Assembly (NCBI GenBank): GCA_000697335.1
Contig: JNEM01006052.1
Span: forward strand, 1-37,340
DNA from: Conidiobolus incongruus B7586
Lineage: Eukaryota
Reading direction: 5' to 3'
Length of the DNA: 37,340 nucleotides
Below are positions 25,827-35,833 of this stretch, piece after piece (positions within the stretch are counted from its first letter, which is position 1; each line of letters opens with the position of its first letter). A program made the position numbers and the translations under genes. Under the pieces are notes generated by a model. The model was not told where the DNA came from and made no database searches. It saw only the letters and a list, made by a program, of their open reading frames with translations.

Positions 25827-26856
25827 TTAAGATGCGCCATATCTCGTTCTGGGAGTTGATGAACTTTTCTTTCTTCCTAATTGTTCTAATAGACGTTTAC
25901 CAGCTGGTGAAAGTGGAACACCAGATCCACTCAAAGTTTTCGTTCGAGAAGTAGTTGGTTTGGTAGATGCTGAGCTGAATTTAGATTTCTTAGCTAGCTG
26001 ATAAGCAAGTAAATCTCTTTTCGGTGTTTCAGGGATTGAATATGTATGTATGGATTTTTTGGGAGGTGGTTGGATTGGTGAGTTGAGTAAGTCATAATTT
26101 TTACCATCGACGCCTACAATGGCACCTGGCCCTAAGCTTGAGTGAATGGGAGCAACATCTAAATAAAAAATTATTGAATAATATATTTTTAAAAATAAAT
26201 TAAATGGCTTACAATCTCCAGCTAATTTTTTATCGTCATAGGTAACATTTTCTAATTGTGACTACAGAATAATATTAGTAAAAATAAATAAATAAATGAG
26301 ATAAAATTACTTGATCAGCATCTAACCTTGTATTATTATACAGAATTTGTTTGGGAGGTGCCCTAGTATTAACCAATTGACCATTATTATTCAACGATTT
26401 AGAATCTGAAAAAAACATAAGAGCATTTTTAGCTTTATAATTCCAAGCTTCAACCTTTTTATATTCATTATCCTTAATCAACAAAAGATCCTTGGGCTCT
26501 TTATTCTCAATAAGTAACTGCTTAGAGTTTGCAGCTTCCAACTTTCTAATAAGGTCCTTCCTCTTCAACTCATACTTCTCCATAATTTTTTCATAACTTT
26601 GGTTATCTTCACTTGTATAAATATTTAAAAAAGCATCCAAATTCAAATTTAAATCAATTGCATATTCTGAAGTCTTCAATACCTCTACCAAATTATCTTC
26701 CACCTCGTAAGCTATATTTAACTCTTGGCAGATTTGTATTAATTTATCTTGTAATTGGTTTAAATTAGGATAGAAATCCCGTTCTATAATGTAACTTAGA
26801 CATAATGTGTACACTTCTTCGATTAGGACTACTTTGTTGAGATTGTTAAAACTCAT
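25827..26856 (-). CDS. ESS2: ESS2/DGCR14/Es2-family splicing factor, 3 exons, ~308 aa
   Basis: Family-like blocks EEVYTLCLSYIIERDFYPNL, LNLDAFLNIYTSEDNQSY, WNYKAKNALMF, NTRL, IPETPKRD, LSPAGKRLL. Exons 26856-26311, 26261-26213 and 26158-25827 are in frame. Confidence 0.8.
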
Positions 26857-27349
26857 TTAGGATTGATTATTTTAATTATGCTGCTTTAATTTGAAATTAA
26901 GTGTTTAATCCGTTAAATATAAATTGAATTCAAACATAATTATTATGGGAAGTAACAAATGAATTCACAATAAGGATATTTTAATATTAGATTCAGAAAT
27001 TAGTAAATGATATAACTGTATAATATCTCAGTTTCAATAAAGCATTGATAAAAATATAAGTTATTGAGAATATTCATATTGTTTTAGTAAACATGTGGTT
27101 TATAAAATTCCCATATTATTTAAAATTTTGATGATTCGAAATCTCAAATATTAACTAAAATTAGTGTATAAAACCCAACATACTTCAATATTCTTAATGT
27201 TTGAAGAATATATAAATATATATATTAATAAGATATTAAGTAGTAAAATTATTTGGAAAATAGACTATATATAATGGATATAAAGAAATTGATAAAGTAT
27301 TATAAAAGAATAAACAAATATGAAAAATTTGACAGAATAGAATGTAATT

Positions 27350-27361
27350 AAAAAATGAAAA
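27350..27361 (-). terminator. RNA polymerase III oligo-T terminator of tRNA-His
   Basis: Minus strand reads TTTTCATTTTTT immediately after the discriminator base. Confidence 0.7.
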
Positions 27362-27432
27362 TGCCGTTGCGCGGAATCGAACCGCGGTCTGAGCGGCCAC
27401 AACGCTTCGTACTACCACTATACTACAACGGC
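27362..27432 (-). tRNA. tRNA-His-GTG: tRNA-His (anticodon GUG), intronless
   Basis: Minus strand reads GCCGTTGTAGTATAGTGGTAGTACGAAGCGTTGTGGCCGCTCAGACCGCGGTTCGATTCCGCGCAACGGCA. Acceptor stem GCCGTTG/CAACGGC, A box TAGTATAGTGG, anticodon loop TTGTGGC, B box GGTTCGATTCC, discriminator A. Confidence 0.96.
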
Positions 27433-27641
27433 TTATCTATGTTGTAGCAATTGTTGTCTAATTGATACCTCTTCTCATTCAAATATCACGTCCAAATACC
27501 TATTATCTCAATTAAACTATATAAATAATTCCATCCAATTGTGATTAAGGGCCTAACCTCAAGATATCTCAATTTACACACCTACTTACAATCAAGTGTA
27601 TTCCTACAACTCTGTTCCTACAACCATATTCTTAATCTGTT

Positions 27642-27965
27642 ATGCCCTACTCATACCAATATTTTCCCCTCAATTTTAGAGGACGAATTTTATTCTACTT
27701 CACAAATAAACCTTATTTTCCTACTCAAAGTCTGCTTCCGAGCATATTCAAGGAGCCACCTATAGCTTCACTTGAGACATATCCTATTATCTGTTCTGCA
27801 TCCATTCTTTTGATATTCTGTGATTTTGCCTCCTTAGCATGTCAAATCCTCATACTTCCACTGCTGCTGATTTAGTCGCCCTCTTCAATGCCCCATTCAA
27901 CAGTAATCATGGTCGGATAGCCAGGGAATTGATCATCGATAACCTACCTCAATTTGTAGGCACGA
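27642..27965 (+). mobile_element. Degenerate fragment resembling a Ty3/gypsy integrase core (frameshifted relic)
   Basis: Two overlapping frames give RILFYFTNKPYFP...SILLIFCDFASLA and then TSTAADLVALF...HG...ELIIDNLPQFVG. By eye these resemble LLYYKNRLYVP, ILVIVDRFSKMA and TAEDLARLF...HGLP.EIISDNGPQFVS of gypsy integrases. Confidence 0.4.
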
Positions 27966-28405
27966 TGCTTCACAATCTGGCTTACACAATGGCTATGTCA
28001 GTATCCTTGATGACACTCAATGAGCTAATAACCGCGACATATATATCTCTGATCAAGAATGTTAAGATTTTAATTTTATACTTTTATTTTCATTATTCTA
28101 ATCATAATCTTTATTACCCTTTATTTATTCTAATATCATATATATATCCTTCCATTCGATTTCAAAATAACATTTTGTACCATATTTTTTCAATTTTCAA
28201 ATACAATATTATCGATTACATTTTTATATTATTTTCCATTTTTTATTATACTTTTACTGGGATATATAGAAAACAGTTTTATTATTATTTACCACAAATG
28301 ATGGGTTAGTAATTAATTAATATTAGCAGATCTGGTTACTATTGACTCTAACGGAAGTAATAATGATCTTTATTGGTAGTGAGTGAGTTGTGTAATAATC
28401 GAGAT

Positions 28406-28625
28406 GAGCCCTAGCCCAGCAGCGTTTGAGGTGTATATATAATTTTATTAGATATTTAAGTTGTATATATCCCTTATAAAACTAATATATGAGAAAATTT
28501 AGAGCCCTCCAGCAAATGAGGTGTAATCTATAATTTTTAGTAATTCATATAGTGGACCGATTCACAGGTATTAGATAATTATTCTAAATACAACACTTGA
28601 GCCTCCTGCACCTGAAATTATATTT
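28406..28625 (+). repeat. Three imperfect repeat units spaced ~96 bp apart
   Basis: GAGCCCTAGCCCAGCAGCGTTTGAGGTGTATATATAATTTT (28406), GAGCCCTCCAGCAAATGAGGTGTAATCTATAATTTT (28502), GAGCCTCCTGCACCTGAAATTATATTT (28599). Confidence 0.55.
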
Positions 28626-29048
28626 GAACTGAATTATCATCACCTAGTGCTAATGTTTCTTTAAAAAACATTTATTTACAATATATCAAGTATTTGCATA
28701 CATATTCCAAAATTATTTGATTTTGTAATTTTAAATATAGTACATGCTATCATATTTCATAATCTTTTTTTTTAAGATTAATTATCACAAAATATTTAAA
28801 ATGACATGGAAATTAATAAAGCAGAAAAATAAGAATTTTTTTTGGTAAATGAAAAAGCGAACATAACATATTAAGTTAAATCCTGTTTAATCGACTTAAT
28901 TTTTATAGAATTCGCACTTTCATCAACTAAGATTGTTAGTGTCAATCAGGAATTCTAAAGATCCCACAAATCAAGTGATTAATTATAATATTAAGTATGG
29001 TCGAAATTTGAAGTGGCGTCACTTGATCGCTAATCTAGTTTGAACAAA

Positions 29049-30317
29049 ATGCTTACTAACATTGCTAAAACAACTATAAAAAGGTTTAATCTTCAACAGA
29101 TTCGTTTATCACATAACGCTTCTTTACATGAAGTTGTTGCCAATGAATTAAAGACTATTAGAAACGAAGGAACTTACAAGGTTGAAAGAGCTATTATTTC
29201 TCGTCAGGGAAGTGATATCCAAGTTGAACATGACGGTGTTATCACTCAAGAAATCAACTTGTGTGCCAACAACTACTTAGGTTTGTCTAGCCATCCTAAA
29301 GTTATCCAAAGAGCCAAGGAATATTTAGAATCCCACGGTGCCGGTCTGTCCTCTGTTCGATTCATCTGTGGTACTCAAAATATACACAATCAACTTGAAA
29401 ATCAAATCTCCAAATTCTATGGTACTGAAGATACTATTTTATATGCCTCTTGTTTCGATGCCAACGCTGGTATCTTTGAAGTTTTATTAAAGGATCAAGA
29501 TGCCATCATTTCTGATGCTTTGAACCATGCTTCCATTATTGACGGTATTAGATTGTGTAAAGCTAAGCGTTACCGCTACCAAAATGCCAATATGGAAGAC
29601 TTAGAACGTCAACTCAAGTTGGCTGATGAAAATGGCGCCAGACTCAAGATGATCGCCACTGATGGCGTCTTCTCCATGGACGGTCGTATCGCTCCTCTTG
29701 ATCAAATCTGTGATCTCGCAGAAAAATATAACGCTATTGTCTTCGTCGATGACTGTCACGCCACCGGTTTCTTGGGTAAAACTGGTAGAGGTACTCCTGA
29801 ACTCTTTGGCGTTCAAGACCGTGTCCACTTGGTCAACTCCACCTTAGGTAAGGCTTTGGGTGGTGCTTCTGGAGGTTACACTACTGGTCACAAGGATATC
29901 ATTGCTTTACTCAGGCAAAGAAGTCGTCCCTACCTCTTCTCCAACAGCTTACCTCCTCCAGTTGTTGGTGCCGCTTCTGCTGCTTTAGAATTGGTTGATA
30001 CTGAACCCCAACTCAGAGAACAATTATGGAAAAATACTCGCTACTTTAGAGACTCTTTGAAGGCTGCTGGATTCAATGTCAAGGGAGATGATCACCCCAT
30101 CGCCCCCATCATGTTGGGAGATGCTCGCTTGGCTGCTGAATTCGCTGCTGATATGGCTAAGAAGGGTATCTACGTCATTGGATTCTCCTACCCCGTCGTC
30201 CCCAAGGATCTTGCTAGAATCAGAGTTCAATTATCCGCCGCCATTACTGACGATCAAATTAAGAAGGCCGTAGATGCTTTCATTGAAATCGGTAAATCCC
30301 GTAATATCATTGCCTAA
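29049..30317 (+). CDS. GCAT: 2-amino-3-ketobutyrate CoA ligase (glycine C-acetyltransferase), mitochondrial, intronless
   Basis: INLCANNYLGLSSHP, GAGLSSVRFICGTQ, SCFDANAG, SDALNHASIIDGIRL, TDGVFSMDG, DDCHATG, PLP lysine in NSTLGKALGG, LRQRSRPYLFSN, GFSYPVVP...ARIRVQLSA. First ATG at 29049 begins a presequence-like MLTNIAKTTIKRFNLQQIRLSH. Confidence 0.95.
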   Translation: MLTNIAKTTIKRFNLQQIRLSHNASLHEVVANELKTIRNEGTYKVERAIISRQGSDIQVEHDGVITQEINLCANNYLGLSSHPKVIQRAKEYLESHGAGLSSVRFICGTQNIHNQLENQISKFYGTEDTILYASCFDANAGIFEVLLKDQDAIISDALNHASIIDGIRLCKAKRYRYQNANMEDLERQLKLADENGARLKMIATDGVFSMDGRIAPLDQICDLAEKYNAIVFVDDCHATGFLGKTGRGTPELFGVQDRVHLVNSTLGKALGGASGGYTTGHKDIIALLRQRSRPYLFSNSLPPPVVGAASAALELVDTEPQLREQLWKNTRYFRDSLKAAGFNVKGDDHPIAPIMLGDARLAAEFAADMAKKGIYVIGFSYPVVPKDLARIRVQLSAAITDDQIKKAVDAFIEIGKSRNIIA

Positions 30318-32840
30318 CTCTTTACAAACAATATTAATTAAAGGACGATGTCATTCTACAATTGGAAATTTAATATCTTATTGGGAATCAGATATGTTCA
30401 TTATATTACTAATTATTCATTTACCACCTAAGCACTCTCACACTTGTAGGATAATAATATCAGCGCAGTATTCCAATTGTTTTATTTGACTACTCTAGCT
30501 GGATCTAATAGGTATTATTTCTAAATATCGCATACTCTCTTTTAATATCTAAGGGTACGAGTTAATGTATTTCATTTCATAATATACTCTTTAAATCATA
30601 TCAACATAGAAATAAATTGATATAACTATTATTCTAGAATATCCATTATAATTCCTAATCAACACAATTGACAACGCTGATTTTAGGTGGTTTGAGTTAA
30701 TAAAAATTTATGAAATTTTATGATTTTAAAGAGCTAATTGTTTAGTTAAAATATATGTTAAAAATTTTATCGTAATATTGTTTTATTGTAACTGATTGAT
30801 TTATTAAAATTGATATAATTATTATACATTATAATCAAATTTATCAACATATTTCAAACCAATCATCATTTTATAGCAAACTCTGAAATAAATATCAAAA
30901 TCGTTAAAATTATTCAATTAAAATATAATTTATTCTTGAATTGAGTTATTCACTACGAAATTAAAATATAATACACTATATAATTTGTTAATTGAGTTAA
31001 TTTTTATTTAAACCTCGAATCAGGATTAACAAAGATTTAAATTAAATAAAAATATTTGTTTATTAAAATACTTTAATCATATAAATTTTTTGATTAATAT
31101 CAACTTCGATTAAAATATTAATATAGGTTAACACATAAATCAATTGAATTAAAATAACCAGTGGTTCAAAAAATAAATTTCTTGTTATAATTAATCGCTA
31201 TTTTAGGAATCATAATTATTGTACTGTTATTTTAGTATTATTTTAAACAGTAATGAATGATTTGATAATACATCATAATTTGCATATATATAACTTTCGA
31301 TAGAAATTTTAATAAACTAAAAAAAATTGAATCCTGCAATTTTAAATTTTACAAGAATTGAATATAAAGCATTTGTCAAGATATCATACCATAAAAAACA
31401 TTCTATATCAACTACTAATAAAAATTCATATATACATCTGGTGGCAAAAAGATTTCAAAATATATTATTGAAATATTCTAGTTAATTCAAAGCTAGAAGA
31501 TCTTATATAAAATACTTCTCTTGTTCAAGTTATCTGATATTTATAACAAAATAAATTCAATTAAAGTTAAGAAATTTTTTAAATATCATCTATCTACCTA
31601 AGCAAAAAGGCTAATACATACTCTATAGTTTAATGTCATCTCTGTTGCAACTCTATTTAAAGACATTTTGAAATCAAGTAAAAAAATTCAAAAGTGTAAT
31701 TACCTTATGTTTTAATTAAAGATCAAATAAATAAGAGAAAAAACATAGCCAATATAAATTCATATTATTCTAATGCTTATTATACTATGTCTAACAAAAC
31801 CAATACAATAAATGAATTATAAATCCTAATATATGATTTATTAAGATAAAAATAAAAAAATACCTGCGTTAAAGATCCAAACTATTAGTATAAATACCAA
31901 AGTAAAAATTATTTAAAAATCAATGTTATAATTAGGGTAAGAAATATTCATTTAAAAAATCAATTTGATATATGATAATAACAATATATACAATTATAAT
32001 TATTCGAACTTTGTTGATTGAAAGAAACTAGACTTTATTGCTCTATCCTCCATGCTCACCAAATATGAAACCTTCACATCATAATTGTTTTGGTAAGTTA
32101 AGGAATTTGATATGAGGACAGTAATTTGATATTATTTTAACTTTGCATTTTCAAATTAGAAGTGTAATTTTGAAGATGATTTGTACAAAAAATATATAAA
32201 GAGGTTAAATGACTACTAATAGTATGGAATTGGGTTATTGAAAAAGGAGGAAGATATTAATTATTGCTGAGAAATTATTTTTACTCTAACTTTTGCATTT
32301 TTAATATTCAAAAATAATCAACTTTATAGCAAATATTTATATACTTATGGAAACTAGTTCATAACTTATAAATTAAAATATAACTTATCTTGAAATGATT
32401 ATTGATCTCAATATCAAAAATTCCAAATTCAATAAACAAATATAATATATATTATTAATCAAATTTAAATATAAAATGAAGTTAAAATCTTCTAAGAATT
32501 GAATGCTTGGAAAGGTAAATTAGACTACGAAAATGTATATATGATTTTTTCCAAATTTAAAGCATAATTTTAAATTATTAATATTAAAATTTATACTCCA
32601 ACTTTGAAATAACGTTAAGTATTATCCCAATTTATTCTATATTAGATTATAGCTAACACAAGCTTGATATGACAATAAGTAATTTTCAATTAATGAATAT
32701 GAAAAATGCGAAAATGAATCATATATTTTGTATTGCAATTATTTTATAAATATTGATTTATATCATATATATTAATTATTATTCATTTCCAGCTTAACAA
32801 TCAAGGATATTTTGCAATTTTCAACACACACTTTAATTCA

Positions 32841-33008
32841 ATTTTCACACTCAATATCCTTATCGGAATATTGGTAACGGGTGATAAAAATAACAATAAT
32901 AAAATTGAAAAAATATTTGGAGAAATAAGTAATTATCCTTGGATGGGTCTCGGTTCGGATCAAATCAACATCAAATCCAACGCAATCACCCATCCTCAAT
33001 CTTTGTGA
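32841..33008 (+). pseudogene. Possible heavily deleted relic of a secreted trypsin-like protease
   Basis: Open stretch IFTLNILIGILVTG-DKNNNNKIEK-IFGEISNYPWMG...AITHPQ: hydrophobic leader, propeptide ending in K, then IVGG/YPWM-like and HPxY-like remnants. No ATG and no catalytic motifs. Confidence 0.3.
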
Positions 33009-35833
33009 AAAAATTTGGAACTTTTATGAGTTATTTAAAATCATCCATTTTAAAAAAATTTTATCTGGCATGAGGTATTTGGATAATATTATAGTGAAAT
33101 TTGCCAGTTTTATATATTTCATCTCTTAAAATTAATAGACTAAATATAGAACATTATTGGAAATTAGGAATGTATTATAAATTGATTGACTTATTAATAG
33201 AAATTGATAGGATACACGATTATAATATTTGAAGCAGTGCTATAGTACATTTTTTATCCAAATTCTGATCTTTATTTGGTTCATAATTCTTAATTAGAAA
33301 AAAAAGAATTTAAAACTGTTTCAAAAAAGAATGTATAAAAATTAGTTGATTAAATATTAAACGTGTTTAAAGAATCAAAAATATTATATCTAAGTAATAT
33401 TTCATATATTTGTTAAATTTATTTAGTTTTAATTATCCTAATAATGCGATCGAACTATTAATTAAATTTTGAAATTATTAATTATCGAGTAATTTTGCGG
33501 TAATTGCAAAAATTTTTGAAACCAATTACATATATTAATAGAATGATGACTTCATTTTGTACATATTAGTGAAGAGGATTCATATCTCTTTCTGAAAACC
33601 AAAATGTACAATATACATTTAAATGCTTTATCTGTATGATTTTAATTTAAAATATTTTTCTATACTTATCATGTATATTAGTTATATTATTTGGTACTAT
33701 CAATCAACTAAAATACCAGACTTTTATGCTACTCAAATACTTTGATATCAAATTAATTTGATATTATAATACAATAATAATATCTTTTTCAAAGAGCATA
33801 TAATAAGATTATTCAAAGTTGCTCAATGATTTAATTCTATTTTGATATCCGAGTATTGCACAGACATAAGACTGATATTTGACAGATTAAGAATTTAAAA
33901 GACCTTTCTATGAATATTATATACTAAGATTACCCACTTTTGCATAATTTAATATACATAAAATTAATTAAAATTACGTCGATTTTATTACCTTGTATAA
34001 TTAAATAATCAAGTCAAAACTAATTGGAACATTAGATTGATTTTTCAATAATTTGTAATCTTTAATATTCTCAATACTTCGGTGAAAATTTTAATTATTA
34101 ATTATATTAAATCATTTGAATATTAAAATCTTTAGAATAAGCAATGTTTAATATTCATTATTAATGTTATTATATTAGAATTAGTGACATTATATAAAAT
34201 GAACTTTGATTTTACTGCAATTGAATTTTTCAACAATTTACAGTAAATAATATAGCCAACAAAGAAAATTTTATTCCTTTTTAAAAAATAGCCAATCAAA
34301 ACCAAACAATATCGATAATTAAATATTATGTCATTTATATTCCAAATTTTCTTCACCAATCATAATAGAATTCTATCAAGAAATTTGTCACTATTATTTC
34401 CAAAAAATTTTCTGTTTAACCTCATCATCATAGGAATTTGAATTGAATAAAAAACCTGTCAATATCCAATAAAATTATGATATTAATAATTACAAACATT
34501 AATGAAAAATATTACCAAATTTAACTTAATGAATAACTTGATTATCTTGTTTACTGAACCTTTTAATTATACCACTTTTTGATCTTTAAATTCTGTTACT
34601 GTGTGCTCACCTTCAACTTGCAGTATTTTAGTTATTTTTGACTAATTAGGTTTTGTTTCTGTTCATTAGACGACAAATCAACTTTAACATAATTCAAAAT
34701 TTGAGATATTTATTAATTGGCCTGGAAAAATTGCAAACAATGGGTATATTTACAATATTCTCAACATATTGTATTACTATTAATTTGTTGAAACTTTAAT
34801 CTTTCATTTGATTCACTTATTACGGTTTTCATTTAACCACTATAAAGTATGCAAAATAATTTTGCATATTACTAAACTTTTTATTTCATTTTTAACTTTT
34901 TAAACATAGCCATAATTTTAATTATACTTAATAAGGTATACAAAAATTAATTTCTTTTTCTATTGTTAAACATTTCTAATGCTATTTTTTTTGATTTCTA
35001 ATACAAGCGCTGTATCGAAGTATTTAAAGCATTAGAGAAATATAGTCACGTAATATGATGTTGAATTATTCTAATATATTTATATTGAAATATAAATAAA
35101 ACGATTATAGTAAATCATGATGTATTATCTAAGGTAAAATAATTCTACCTCCAAGTTGTCCAATGTAAGGATAATTTCCTTAAATTAAAAGGTCAAGAAT
35201 CCATGGTAATCGCTAGTAATATGGGTGAATCATTGTGAGATCTGAAATATCTGTGAATCTTCTTGATCCATTCATATTCAATCAGCTTCTATTAAATACA
35301 CATTAATATGATATCTAGAAGTTTCACTAAGCAAGGCTGAACAAAAATTTATGGTTTAAATGGACTTGAGTGGTATCATTGGTATTAAGGCTTATATTAA
35401 CTAATGATACTGCAACGTTGAACAAGATATCGTATAATGTCATTGTTAACTGGGCTTTAAATGAGATTTTGAATGAGAATTATCCCACAGTATTTGATAA
35501 TGTACTGTATTACTATTCAAATTCTCAAAATTTTTGAGAAAAAGTAACGTTATCTCCTGAATTTCCCGTTCTCATATTACGACTGAATCGACCAATCATA
35601 TTCTCAGAATCGTTTCCCCATCTCTTCTAGAAATCAACTTACTAAATCAATATTCACGCCATTTATATAGCAAATATCAAGTTAGACAAACTGATTTTAT
35701 TCATTCTTAAACTCATAATTATTTCCCTTATTTTTAAATCACAAACTTTACCAAGTGAAACTATATAAATAACTCATTTGTCCTATTTGTATTCCCAACT
35801 TTTAAGATCAATTGAAAAGTTATAACTAATTAA

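Noticed and set aside
27236..27418. 60-aa ORF MVVRSVVAAQ...
   Set aside because: It is a translation of the tRNA-His gene plus its T-rich trailer.
27839..28309. 156-aa ORF as an intact gene
   Set aside because: The C-terminal half is low-complexity I/Y/F from T-rich DNA. Only the N-terminal part carries signal, and it is treated as a relic.
28406..28625. CRISPR-like repeat-spacer array
   Set aside because: Eukaryotic context, only three diverged units with indels, and no cas genes.
29049..30317. Recent bacterial horizontal transfer of kbl
   Set aside because: The gene has a mitochondrial presequence and host-like codon usage, and other clearly eukaryotic genes here are also intronless.
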